Positions 37,605-46,972 of a stretch of 64,000 bases of DNA are shown here, piece by piece (position 1 is the first letter of the stretch; the number at the start of each line of letters is the position of its first letter). The translations under genes and the position numbers were made by a program. The DNA is from Clostridia bacterium (GTDB taxonomy: Bacteria; Bacillota; Clostridia; Oscillospirales; CAG-272), in assembly GCA_017455975.1 (NCBI GenBank), contig JAFTLK010000065.1, positions 336 to 64,335 on the forward strand, given 5' to 3'. The notes below the pieces were generated by a model, which ran no database searches, was not told where the DNA came from, and saw nothing but the letters and a program-made list of their open reading frames with translations.

Positions 37605-39150
37605 GCAGCAGCTTCAGACCTGCCAGATACAGGGCGGCTGCCGGTGCAAATGTCACGGCACATACGGTCAGATTTGTCAGGAATGACGGTGTGACGCTGC
37701 CGTCGGACAAAATTGCATGGATGCCGATCATGACGCCGTATGCGGCGGCGGACAAAAGAAGCAGCTTCGCAGCATTTGAAAAGAAGGTGCGGCTGCATAC
37801 ATCGGGTGATGCACGGAGAAGTGCCGCAAACAGCACCAGTGCGCAGACCCACAGACCGAGCGTATTGCCGATGGCAATGGTACCGACACCGAGCGTGTCC
37901 CCGCAGAGACGCACCAGCAGCGCTGTGGAAATCACGTTGACGGCGGCACCGGAGAGGGATGCGGTCATCGGTGTTCCGGTCGACATTTTTGCATACATGA
38001 TACGTGAGAGGATTTCCGTCAGACAGAACGCCGGCATACCGAGCGCAAGATAAACAAGTGTCTGTGCGGTAAGGCGTGTGTCATCCTCTGTGAACGCACC
38101 GCGGAAGTAAATCAGCGCGGTTCCCTCCTGTGACAGCACCAGAACTGCTGCCATAATCGGCAGTACGATGGCGAGTGCGGACAGGATACCGGCGCGTGCG
38201 GTTGACGAGAAAGCACTGCGGTCGCCTGTGACATTCTGCCGGGAAAGCCGCGGGAACATGAAATTGCAGATGCCGTAGGTCAGAATGCCGGTCAGGATGT
38301 TGTTGATGTTGATGGCGTATTCAAAGACGGAGAGTGCTCCGGGGACCGTCAGCTGTGCCGCAAAATGGGTACCGGTCAGCATCCCGATGGGTGCAAGCCA
38401 CGAACCGATCATGATCGGCGGTGTCATCTTCAGCGCCTGTCTGAGTGCCGGATTGCGAAAATCCAGTACCGCGCGGAACGGGAAGTGCATCCGCAGCAGC
38501 GGAACCAGCAGCGTGAAGAACTGCAATGCCCATGCAATCAGATATGCCACGGCAAGTCCGTAGATGCCTGCGTCCCCGAGCGGTTCATTGATGAACAAAA
38601 AGTACAGGATGACACCCGCATTGGAGATAGCGGAGATCATCGACGGCAGGAAAAACCGTTCCTTGGATTGCAGAATACCGACCAGCGTATAAGCCGCCCC
38701 GGTGAACAGGATCATCGGAAACAGAATGCGCAGAAGTGAGACGGCAAGGGCAGAGGTCTGCGAATCCAGACCCGGAGCAATCACATAAAGGATCGGACGC
38801 GCAAAAATCATGCCGAGGAGGGCAAGAATTCCGGTCAGGAGCAGAATGAAATTCAGAAAAACACAGGCAAAGGTATCGGCGTCACGTTCGGCTGCGGCTT
38901 TGTCCTCGCGGTCGGCGAAGCTGTTGTAGACCGGAATGAAGCAGCCGAGAATGGCTGCGGAAAACAGCAGGTCAAAGAACGACAGCGGAATGCGCGATGC
39001 GGCGGAAAACGCATTTGCCTGCCAGCCGGTGCTGTAAACCGATGCCATGAACATGGAACGCACCATGCCCAGACCCTTGGACAGGATCATTGCCGCAACC
39101 ATCGAAAGAACCGTCAGAACCGCATTCTTTTTCGTATCCGGGCGGCTCAT
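37588..39150 (-). CDS. murJ: Lipid II flippase MurJ (MviN family)
   Basis: 520 aa, polytopic. N-terminus ILSKGLGMVRSMFMASVYSTGWQANAFSAASRIPLSFFDL. ATGA overlap with the trmD stop. Confidence 0.8.
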   Translation of the reverse strand: MSRPDTKKNAVLTVLSMVAAMILSKGLGMVRSMFMASVYSTGWQANAFSAASRIPLSFFDLLFSAAILGCFIPVYNSFADREDKAAAERDADTFACVFLNFILLLTGILALLGMIFARPILYVIAPGLDSQTSALAVSLLRILFPMILFTGAAYTLVGILQSKERFFLPSMISAISNAGVILYFLFINEPLGDAGIYGLAVAYLIAWALQFFTLLVPLLRMHFPFRAVLDFRNPALRQALKMTPPIMIGSWLAPIGMLTGTHFAAQLTVPGALSVFEYAININNILTGILTYGICNFMFPRLSRQNVTGDRSAFSSTARAGILSALAIVLPIMAAVLVLSQEGTALIYFRGAFTEDDTRLTAQTLVYLALGMPAFCLTEILSRIMYAKMSTGTPMTASLSGAAVNVISTALLVRLCGDTLGVGTIAIGNTLGLWVCALVLFAALLRASPDVCSRTFFSNAAKLLLLSAAAYGVMIGIHAILSDGSVTPSFLTNLTVCAVTFAPAAALYLAGLKLLRVRFT

Positions 39151-39935
39151 GTGATCGGATCCTTTTTGCCGTTCTTCTGTTCCGGCTGTTTTGTCAGGTG
39201 TGTACCGTAGGTTTCGGAACGGCGGAATTCATAGGGGGGGATTCCGTTTTCCAGCAAATCGGGACGCTTTTGTTTTGTGCGTTCCACAGAAGCATCATAA
39301 CGCCAGCGTGCGACCTTTTCGTGATCACCGGAAAGAAGCACATCGGGAATGCGCTTGCCGTGGAATTCGACCGGCCGTGTATACTGCGGATATTCGAGAA
39401 GTCCGGAGGAGATGGATTCCTCCTCATAGCATTCGGGCGAGGCCAGAACCCCATCGATCATTCGCGCGACACAATCGACCACGATGCACGCGGGGATCTC
39501 ACCGCCGGTCAGCACATAGTCGCCGATGGAGATCTCCTCGTCGACAATTTCCTCCAGCACACGCTCGTCGATGCCTTCGTAATGCCCGCAGAGAAAGACG
39601 AGGTTATCGTAGGTGAGCAGCTCCCGCGCTTTTTCCTGCGTAAAGACCTTGCCCTGCGGCGACATGTAAATGACACGGCGGCGGGTATCGGGCTTGTCCG
39701 ACTGCGCATCGACAATGCCCTTATAGCAATTATAAACGGCAGGTGCTGCAAGGAGCATTCCTTTTCCGCCGCCGGCAGGCGTTCCGTCGACACGCCGCCA
39801 TTTGTCCGGGGACCAGTCGCGGATATCGTGCGTGCGGATGTCGATATAACCGGCTGCTGCTGCCCGACCGATGATGCTTGCACCGAGAACCGTATCAACC
39901 AGCTCCGGAAACAGCGTCATAATGTCAAATCTCAC
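39147..39935 (-). CDS. trmD: tRNA (guanine37-N1)-methyltransferase
   Basis: GTG start gives MRFDIMTLFPELV, which aligns with the TrmD N-terminus. Contains GHYEGIDERV and LTGGE motifs. GTGA overlap with the rimM stop. Confidence 0.9.
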   Translation of the reverse strand: MRFDIMTLFPELVDTVLGASIIGRAAAAGYIDIRTHDIRDWSPDKWRRVDGTPAGGGKGMLLAAPAVYNCYKGIVDAQSDKPDTRRRVIYMSPQGKVFTQEKARELLTYDNLVFLCGHYEGIDERVLEEIVDEEISIGDYVLTGGEIPACIVVDCVARMIDGVLASPECYEEESISSGLLEYPQYTRPVEFHGKRIPDVLLSGDHEKVARWRYDASVERTKQKRPDLLENGIPPYEFRRSETYGTHLTKQPEQKNGKKDPIT

Positions 39936-40492
39936 GTTGCTTCCTCCTCATTGGGTTCGGGTCCGTCTTTCTTTCCGTCGTTCCAGACAGCTTCCGTGAA
40001 CATGCCCGGGATCGGACGGACGTAAATACCGGTCGGGGGATCGAGCTTTACAAGAAACTGCCTGACGGCCGGGATATAGACGGGTCCTTTTTTGGTGCGC
40101 ACCTCGTAAAGGTCGTTGGCGGGATTTTCGATGATATTGGAGAGCATGCCGTATTTCACGCCTGTATCAGCATCAAGGACCGGGGTGCCGATCAGATCGG
40201 CAATGAAAAAGTCACCGTCGGCAAGCGGAATATCCTCGCGCGCGGCATACAGCACGCGTTCCTTATATTTTGCACCTTCCTCCGGGTTTTCAACGCCCAC
40301 AATCTTCAAAAGGCAGAAGCGGCCGTGCATACGGACATCGGAGATGGTGACGGAGGCTTTGCCCGCATCGTCGAGATACAGGGTTTTGATCTTTTTGAGT
40401 GTATCGGGGGAATCGCACCACAGATCGAGCTTGAGGTCGCCGCGGATGCCGTGGGTATTGATGATCTTTGCAATTTCAAGATATTGTTTCAT
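39932..40492 (-). CDS. rimM: 16S rRNA processing protein RimM
   Basis: Contains IAKIINTHGIRGDLKL and a PRC barrel region. Two in-frame ATGs (40498, 40492); the AAAGGAAAG spacing favours 40492. Confidence 0.85.
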   Translation of the reverse strand: MKQYLEIAKIINTHGIRGDLKLDLWCDSPDTLKKIKTLYLDDAGKASVTISDVRMHGRFCLLKIVGVENPEEGAKYKERVLYAAREDIPLADGDFFIADLIGTPVLDADTGVKYGMLSNIIENPANDLYEVRTKKGPVYIPAVRQFLVKLDPPTGIYVRPIPGMFTEAVWNDGKKDGPEPNEEEAT

Positions 40493-40699
40493 GAACATCT
40501 TTCCTTTACAGTTCGGTTATCGGTTATCTCCATATATTATATCACACAGCTGCGTCATTTGTATGAAATAATTGTGAACATTGGAAAAACATAGCTTTGG
40601 GAATGCAGAATTATCGTACGGCATCAGGAGCATTTGCAGCCGCATTCCGACCGGATGCGAAAAATTTTGAAATTATTCTGACAAAATTATGAAAAACCC

Positions 40700-40728
40700 T
40701 TGACAGAAAGACAATTTTACGCTATAAT
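40700..40728 (+). promoter_or_regulatory. Consensus sigma-A promoter of rpsU
   Basis: TTGACA - 17 nt - TATAAT, perfect hexamers. Confidence 0.7.
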
Positions 40729-40784
40729 ATTACTGTGATGCAATGTCATCAAATGCATTGCTGTTGCGAGGGGAGGGATTACAG

Positions 40785-40964
40785 ATGGCAGAGGTCAGAG
40801 TGAAGGAAAATGAAACACTGGACAGCGCGCTGCGCCGTTTCAAGAGACAGTGTGCAAGATCCGGCGTACTCACCGAGCTTCGCAAGAGAGAGCATTACGA
40901 AAAGCCCAGCGTAAAGCGTAAGAAGAAGTCTGAAGCTGCAAGAAAGCGCAAGTACAAGGGTTAA
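40785..40964 (+). CDS. rpsU: 30S ribosomal protein S21
   Basis: 59 aa, [29 protein letters not shown]...[12 protein letters not shown] at 40785 after GAGGGGAGGG. Confidence 0.95.
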   Translation: MAEVRVKENETLDSALRRFKRQCARSGVLTELRKREHYEKPSVKRKKKSEAARKRKYKG

Positions 40965-41007
40965 TCGTAGATGATCTCCCGAAGATCTGATTGCGAAACA
41001 ACAAATC

Positions 41008-41039
41008 AGGAGCTGTTATAAACGGCTCCTTTTTGTTTT
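41008..41039 (+). terminator. Intrinsic terminator after rpsU
   Basis: GGAGCTG...CGGCTCC hairpin followed by TTTTTGTTTT. Confidence 0.65.
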
Positions 41040-41094
41040 GCCCAAAAATGATGGGTCTGCTGCCAATGGATGTGCGGCAGACCCATTGTTTGAA

Positions 41095-42645
41095 TCAGTT
41101 GTCAAGATAGTATGCGAGGAGGGCGGCAGCGCGGTCGTCGTCAATGACTTCCTTTGTCAGAACAAACTCGTCAATGACCGCTGACAGCTGTGTCGGATGG
41201 GCGCGTGTACCGTCCTGACCGACGGTGAAGGGAAGTGCGCTCAGGCTGACATCCTTGAGTGCGGCGGGCAGCGGTCTGCGTGCGGCACACTTGAAGTCGA
41301 GATATATTGCTGATTCCTGTTTTTCGCGGTCGAATGAGACGATGATGTGCATCCAGCCGTCGGTATAGTCCATCGGAAGCGGAACCTCGTATCCCCAATC
41401 GTCCTCGCCCCAGCCAAAGGAAAGGCGCAGCAGATGCGGGCGGATAAAGAAGCAGAAGCCGGGATTTTTTCCGGAAGCACGGTCTTTGTTTGCGAAAATG
41501 GACGGGTCGCCCGCAATGCCGCCGGTCTTGAACCAGAAGGACGCCGAGAAGGAATCACCTCCGACCTCGACAGCATCGAGCGTCAGACAGCCGTCATCGA
41601 GCTTATAGCCGGTACCGAGGAAGCCGTTCGGGTAATACTGCTTGCCGTACGCCGTGACCGGGGTTTTGCAGAGCGCGTCGCTGTAATCGGTGTTTTCAAA
41701 GGGCAGATAAGCGCAGAGCTTCTCTGCATCAAAAAGGGACGTGACAGGCTGTGCCGGGAGGGACTTTGCGTCGGTGGTGCGGTGTGCTGTGACGACGGGG
41801 AGCTTTGTGAAGACGGGACGTTCGCCGTCGGTGAAGTCTGCAAACAGATTGTCGGGGACACGCGCCGTCCATGTTGCGGGCTGTTCCACACCGAGTGCGT
41901 AGAGACAGACAGCGGCGTTGTCGCGGATGACCATGTCGCCGATGGTCCCGGGCTTGACGGTCTTGCCTGCCGCACCCCAGAAGACGATCTTTTCCTCATC
42001 GGTCGTACCGCCGTGGCTGTGACCGAAGCCGCCGTGGTCAGCCGTGACAATGAACAGCGTGTCGTCGATGAAGCCGCGCTTGACGTACATATCGTGAATC
42101 CGTCCGATCAGCCCGTCGGTGACGGTAATGCGGTCAAGGTGTTCTTTTGTGCCGTAGCCGTGACCGTGACCTGCACCGTCAACCCAGTCAAACTGGACAA
42201 ACAGCATCGCGGGATCGTGGTCTTCGAGATACGCACAGATTTTGTCGGTCAGCTCATCGTCGCCGGCTGTGTCTTCATAGACACCGAGGTCGTTTTCGAT
42301 GATGCCGTAGTTGATCGGATTCCAGCAGCAGAACGAGGCCAGCTCGGCATCCGGGTACGCCGCACGGATTTCGCGGAACAGAGAGGGGAACGGGGAATCG
42401 GTGTCATAGGGAATCGAGGATACGATGCCGTTGGTGCGGCGATGGACTTCCGGCGTGACGCCGAGCAGCATCGAGCCCCAGCACTCCGCGGAAATCGTCG
42501 GAATCGAGGTCAGAACGTTGTAGTTTGTCGCACCGTTTGCAAAAATTCGGTCCATATTCGGTGTATCGGTCTTGGAGAAGAAATTGCCTGCGCCGTCAAC
42601 GCCGAGGACGACGACGTGCTTGTAGATGTAGCCGTTGTTTTTCAT
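41095..42645 (-). CDS. Alkaline-phosphatase-superfamily (NPP-type phosphodiesterase) protein fused to a C-terminal LamG/concanavalin-like domain
   Basis: 516 aa with no signal peptide. VVLGVDGAGNFF, PTISAECW (nucleophile region) and TADHGGFGHSHGG. The C-terminal ~180 aa have a lectin-like pattern (FSASFWFKT...GWMHIIVSFD). Confidence 0.6.
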   Translation of the reverse strand: MKNNGYIYKHVVVLGVDGAGNFFSKTDTPNMDRIFANGATNYNVLTSIPTISAECWGSMLLGVTPEVHRRTNGIVSSIPYDTDSPFPSLFREIRAAYPDAELASFCCWNPINYGIIENDLGVYEDTAGDDELTDKICAYLEDHDPAMLFVQFDWVDGAGHGHGYGTKEHLDRITVTDGLIGRIHDMYVKRGFIDDTLFIVTADHGGFGHSHGGTTDEEKIVFWGAAGKTVKPGTIGDMVIRDNAAVCLYALGVEQPATWTARVPDNLFADFTDGERPVFTKLPVVTAHRTTDAKSLPAQPVTSLFDAEKLCAYLPFENTDYSDALCKTPVTAYGKQYYPNGFLGTGYKLDDGCLTLDAVEVGGDSFSASFWFKTGGIAGDPSIFANKDRASGKNPGFCFFIRPHLLRLSFGWGEDDWGYEVPLPMDYTDGWMHIIVSFDREKQESAIYLDFKCAARRPLPAALKDVSLSALPFTVGQDGTRAHPTQLSAVIDEFVLTKEVIDDDRAAALLAYYLDN

Positions 42646-42668
42646 GATGGTATTCCTTTCGTTCTGTG

Positions 42669-43484
42669 TTACAGTTCGATGATGTGGTCGCCTTCCTGCA
42701 TCAGATAGTGACGCTTGATGCCGCCGATCTCACTCATCCAGCCGCGGACGATGACGGTCTTGAACTGATTGGTGTCATAACCGCCGGGACCCATGTTGTC
42801 CCAGAGCCACGTCGGTGTGCACCACAAACAGTAGGACGGTTTGATCGCTTCGTATACCTCACGGGAAACGCCGTTCTGTCCGTGATGTGCCATCTGGACA
42901 TAATCGGCTTTGATGAGTGCCGGATCGGTGTCACGGAGAAGCTGTTTTCCGCCGGCAACGCCGAGGTCGCCGAGAAAGAGCAGGGAGGTTTCACCGACAG
43001 TCACGCGGTAAACGAGCGAGGAGTCATTGATGTTATTGCACAGCTCCTCATGCGGGTCGCGCAGCACACGGACGGAGAATCCGTCATAATCATGGATATC
43101 GCCGCACTTCGGGGTGATGACGGGAATTGCTTTTGCCGCGAGTGTGTCCATGACCCAGGCACGGACAGCGGATGAGGTAACCTTTCCCTGCATCGGTTCC
43201 CACGCATCGATCAGCTCACCGACGGGGAAATTGCAGCAGACGCGGTCGACCCGGATGTCGGGATGGTCTTCTGCGATCTTGGTCATCGCGCTGACATGGT
43301 CATCGTGAATGTGTGTCAGATACCAGCAGTCCACGTGACCGCCGAGGTTTTTCAGATAGTTGTACAGATAGTCTTCCTCAGTCGGGAATCCTCCGTCGAT
43401 GACGATGGTGGAGGTTTCAGACTGTAAGATAAAGGATGTGTTGATCGTATCCGTCACGGAATGGAGCATATGGAGCTTTGGCAT
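42669..43484 (-). CDS. MBL-fold metallo-hydrolase (ComEC-C-terminal-like)
   Basis: 271 aa. HxHxDH motif (THIHDDHV), LLFLGDLG and QMAHHGQNG. AAGGAGG RBS. Lies 23 nt upstream of the NPP-LamG gene. Confidence 0.7.
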   Translation of the reverse strand: MPKLHMLHSVTDTINTSFILQSETSTIVIDGGFPTEEDYLYNYLKNLGGHVDCWYLTHIHDDHVSAMTKIAEDHPDIRVDRVCCNFPVGELIDAWEPMQGKVTSSAVRAWVMDTLAAKAIPVITPKCGDIHDYDGFSVRVLRDPHEELCNNINDSSLVYRVTVGETSLLFLGDLGVAGGKQLLRDTDPALIKADYVQMAHHGQNGVSREVYEAIKPSYCLWCTPTWLWDNMGPGGYDTNQFKTVIVRGWMSEIGGIKRHYLMQEGDHIIEL

Positions 43485-43620
43485 GAGAGGTTCCTCCTTG
43501 GATGATTTGGTTACTTATATTTTACATCAAAATCGGATTTTGTCAAGGGGAATGCATAAATTTCCTCGCGGAACGAAAAAAACCGCCGTATACCAGCACG
43601 ACGGTTTCACAGGGATCGTA

Positions 43621-43878
43621 TTATTTTGAAAACTTTTCCTTGAGTTCGACGATTTCGATCTGTCCTGTCAGAATATCCTTGTACTGCAGGGTATGGCAGA
43701 GCGGTGTGCCGGTTGTACATTCCTCGAGCCGGAAGACGTGCGGATAAATGCCGCAGAGCTTCGCCGGGGAATGGTGCAGATCGATCTTCGGGTGTGTCAT
43801 CTGAAAATTGACATGAACCTCGGGGTTGGTTTGGTACAGTATGCGGAGCTTGTACTTGATGATATCGAGTGCGTCCAT
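43621..43878 (-). CDS. veg: Veg-family protein (DUF1021)
   Basis: 85 aa. GIYPHVFRLEE...HTLQYKDILTGQIEIVEL parallels B. subtilis Veg (YPSVFVIQLD...SYSYADILTETVEL). Confidence 0.6.
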   Translation of the reverse strand: MDALDIIKYKLRILYQTNPEVHVNFQMTHPKIDLHHSPAKLCGIYPHVFRLEECTTGTPLCHTLQYKDILTGQIEIVELKEKFSK

Positions 43879-43964
43879 GAAAAATCCTCCATTATCTGTG
43901 ATACGGAGTCTTTTTCGGAGAGAAAGCTGCCTGAAAACTGCGCCGGATGGAGTCCGACAACGAT

Positions 43965-43993
43965 ATTATACCACAAAACCGGGGAAAAGTCAA
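43965..43993 (-). promoter_or_regulatory. Near-consensus sigma-A promoter of veg
   Basis: Minus strand reads TTGACT - 17 nt - TATAAT. Confidence 0.65.
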
Positions 43994-44012
43994 AGGAGGT
44001 TTTGAATAAATT

Positions 44013-44222
44013 TTATTGAACATTATATGTTAATGCAACACAATCAGATTCAATATTTGCGTTTTGCCCTCCTGTCATGGTAACCTTAATGGTATAAGTA
44101 CCGGAAGAAGCAGCCGTATATCTGATTAGCTCTACATTTGATTTTGTTCCTAACATGGATTTTGCAACTCTCGTACCAGATGAATTGAATATTTCCAAAT
44201 TAAAGTCGGTAATACCTTTCAT
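44013..44222 (-). CDS. Stand-alone pre-peptidase C-terminal (PPC)-like beta-sandwich fragment
   Basis: 69 aa. DFNLEIFNSSGTRVAKS...ELIRYTAASSGTYTIKV resembles PPC domains. About 35% GC. The ATG overlaps the upstream stop (TAATG). May be a frameshifted C-terminal domain of the upstream gene. Confidence 0.4.
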   Translation of the reverse strand: MKGITDFNLEIFNSSGTRVAKSMLGTKSNVELIRYTAASSGTYTIKVTMTGGQNANIESDCVALTYNVQ

Positions 44223-44941
44223 TAACTTTCGTTTATAACAATCACGTTTTTATAAAGCTCGGAGTACACTGTGTTTATCGAATGATCTTCGTAAACAAAC
44301 AACAAATGATACTGTCCCGGATTGAATTTTTGTGGGATGGATTCCTTCAGAATGGATCCAATTTCATCTTTGATTCGAGAACGGATATATCCCGGTGTGA
44401 AAAAGTGATCGGCAATACTTTCCTTGCCACAGATAATTTCTGTATATTCAAATCCATCGGAGGTAGCAATAGGGTAGGACAATTCCTCGTATTGCCCGTT
44501 TTCAAGCTCTCTGATGAGATAGCATGATGCAAAATATCTGCAAAGATCTGCTGTGAACAGTTCACCGTTGTTGATCAGAGAGGCTCTGATCACGATCGTT
44601 TCATCGGCGGAAAATTCGCTTTTTTCCATACGCGCGATAAATCGGAACGGTGCGGTGCTGTCGGGGGCAGATTGCACGACAACGGGCAGCTCGCTCGGCA
44701 TCCACTGGCTGGCTTGGAATGTGAACGGTACAGAACTGTCATTTGTGGTATCCACAGCTTCTGTTTGCTCGGTTATTTCGGTTGCTTCTGTTGTTTCCGG
44801 TTCCGTGACCATTTCCGTGACAGGAGATGTGACCGGCTCTGTACTGCAAAGGGTATCGCCGCTGTCAACAGATGCGGTATCCTTTGCACAGCCGACCAGC
44901 AGAAACAACACCAGTGCGAGGATAAAATACAGTTTTTTCAT
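44222..44941 (-). CDS. Hypothetical lipoprotein (low-GC islet)
   Basis: 239 aa. Lipobox LLVGC, a Thr/Glu/Pro-rich linker, then a domain I cannot assign to a family. No clear SD. Starts right after the fucI terminator. Confidence 0.55.
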   Translation of the reverse strand: MKKLYFILALVLFLLVGCAKDTASVDSGDTLCSTEPVTSPVTEMVTEPETTEATEITEQTEAVDTTNDSSVPFTFQASQWMPSELPVVVQSAPDSTAPFRFIARMEKSEFSADETIVIRASLINNGELFTADLCRYFASCYLIRELENGQYEELSYPIATSDGFEYTEIICGKESIADHFFTPGYIRSRIKDEIGSILKESIPQKFNPGQYHLLFVYEDHSINTVYSELYKNVIVINES

Positions 44942-44995
44942 AGTTTAATAAAGATCACGCCGAGGAGAGTTCCCCGGCGTGATGATAACAGGTTC

Positions 44996-46831
44996 TTAAT
45001 ACTTCTTGTACATCGGACCGTAAGCTGCGCAAGCGCGGTAGTCCTGGCCTTCCTTGTCCATACCGAATGCATTCCATGCAGCGGGACGGAAGATCTGTTC
45101 TTCGGGAACGTTGTGCATACAGACCGGAATTCTGAGGATGGAGCAGAGGGTGATGAGGTCCGCACCGATGTGACCGTAGGAGATCGCACCGTGGTTTGCA
45201 CCCCAGTTCATCATAACTTCATACGCAGTCTTGAAGGGAGAGCCGTCCTTGCCGTCGCAGCGCGGTGCAAACCATGTGCACGGCCATGTCGGGTTGGTGC
45301 GTTCCATCAGCTTGTCGTTGACTTCCTCGGGCAGGTTGACCGTCCAGCCTTCTGCGATCTGCAGAACCGGACCGAGACCCTTGACAAGATTCAGACGGAT
45401 CATCGTGCAGGGCATTTCCGCAAAGGTGTTGAAGTGAGAGGAGAATCCGCCGCCGCGGAAGTTGTCAAAACCGGCTTCGCACCAGACGGTAGCGTCGGTC
45501 ATCTTCTTGATATCTTCTTCGGTGACTTCCCACCAACGCTTCATGACAGCGTTGCCGTTCTCGTCGGTGCAGACACCGGATGCGTCCAGACAAGCCGCGC
45601 CGGAGTTGAGCAGGTGGATGATACCGTTGGATTCCGCAGCCTTGCCTTCCAGCTTGTAGCCGGTGACGCGCTCGGTTGCTTCACCCGACCAGTAGGTACG
45701 GACGTCAGCGAAGATCTGTGCGCGATGGGTGAGCAGACGCATCATCAGCATACCCATGCCGTTGAGGACATCGTTTTCGGTTGCGAGGGTGTACGGCTCG
45801 CGTGCGCCTTCGTAGTCGAACGTGGAGGAGAGCAGTGCTTCGGGATAGTCACAGTTCGGCCAATGGTCTGTCCACTGACGCTGACCCTGGAAGCCGCCCG
45901 CGATGTCGTTGTGACCGACCTTTTCATCGACAAATGCGTCGGGGAGCTTGTCGTTGCAGCACATCAGATCCTTGATGATGCAGTACATCTTGACGGTGAA
46001 TTCCCACTGCTTTTCCTTTTCTTCGTCCGTGAACTTGATGCGGCGGTTCTCGCCGAGGAATTCGACGGATTCGGGGTTGTCGTCGCGGCCTTCCTTACAG
46101 TGTTCCTTTGTCCATGCGAGTGCTTTCTGGTATGCTTCTTCGTCATAGATGCCTTCTTCCATACGGCGGAGGATTTCAACCTCGTCGACGGATTCGACAC
46201 GCATACCGAAGTATGCTTCCATCATGTCCTGATCGATGATGGAGCCTGCGATACCCATACACTGGGAACCGATCTGCAGATAGGACTTGCCGCGCATGGT
46301 CGCAGCCGCAATTGCGGTACGGCCGAAGCGGAGGAGCTTTTCTTTAACATCTTCGGGGATATCGGTGATCTGGTCGAGATCCTGAACCTCATGACCGTAG
46401 ATGCCGAATGCCGGCAGCCCCTTCTGTGCGTGACCGGCAAGCACTGCTGCCAGATAAACCGCACCGGGACGTTCGGTACCGTTGAAGCCCCAGACACCCT
46501 TGATGGTCATGGGATCCATATCCATCGTTTCGGAGCCGTAGCACCAGCAGGGAGTGACGGACAGCGTGATGTCAACGCCTGCCTTCTTGAACTTGTCTGC
46601 GCAAGCTGCCGCTTCCGGAACACGGCCGATACAGGTATCAGCCAGAATGACCTTGACGGGGTCACCGTTGGAGTAGCAGAGGTTTTCCTCAAACAGCTTC
46701 TTTGCTGCGTTTGCCATTGCCCAGACCTGCGGTTCGAGCGATTCGCGCAGCATCATCGGTCCGCGGCGGCCGTCTACGATGGGACGGATGCCGATGACGG
46801 GATATTCGCCTGCATATCTTTTCACTGCCAT
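44996..46831 (-). CDS. fucI: L-fucose isomerase
   Basis: ATG at 46831 gives MAVKRYAGEYPVIGIRPIVDGRRG...TPCWCYGSETMDMDP, closely parallel to E. coli FucI. The track ORF extends spuriously to 47086. Confidence 0.9.
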   Translation of the reverse strand: MAVKRYAGEYPVIGIRPIVDGRRGPMMLRESLEPQVWAMANAAKKLFEENLCYSNGDPVKVILADTCIGRVPEAAACADKFKKAGVDITLSVTPCWCYGSETMDMDPMTIKGVWGFNGTERPGAVYLAAVLAGHAQKGLPAFGIYGHEVQDLDQITDIPEDVKEKLLRFGRTAIAAATMRGKSYLQIGSQCMGIAGSIIDQDMMEAYFGMRVESVDEVEILRRMEEGIYDEEAYQKALAWTKEHCKEGRDDNPESVEFLGENRRIKFTDEEKEKQWEFTVKMYCIIKDLMCCNDKLPDAFVDEKVGHNDIAGGFQGQRQWTDHWPNCDYPEALLSSTFDYEGAREPYTLATENDVLNGMGMLMMRLLTHRAQIFADVRTYWSGEATERVTGYKLEGKAAESNGIIHLLNSGAACLDASGVCTDENGNAVMKRWWEVTEEDIKKMTDATVWCEAGFDNFRGGGFSSHFNTFAEMPCTMIRLNLVKGLGPVLQIAEGWTVNLPEEVNDKLMERTNPTWPCTWFAPRCDGKDGSPFKTAYEVMMNWGANHGAISYGHIGADLITLCSILRIPVCMHNVPEEQIFRPAAWNAFGMDKEGQDYRACAAYGPMYKKY

Positions 46832-46972
46832 AATATTGCTTCCTTTCTGAAATGCAAATTTATTTTGAATAATATCATTATATACTTGAAAATGCGAAAA
46901 TACTTGTGTTATAATAGAACAAAGTATAACGATTTTAAGATATCGGCAATCTCTGTGCCGGGAGAGGAAAAA

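Noticed and set aside
44672-46972. 5' two-thirds of the 1056-aa plus-strand ORF 44672-47842.
   Set aside because: Only the last 290 codons (from the ATG at 46973, which has a good RBS) form a coherent AraC-family protein. The upstream part is antisense to fucI and the low-GC islet and looks non-coding.
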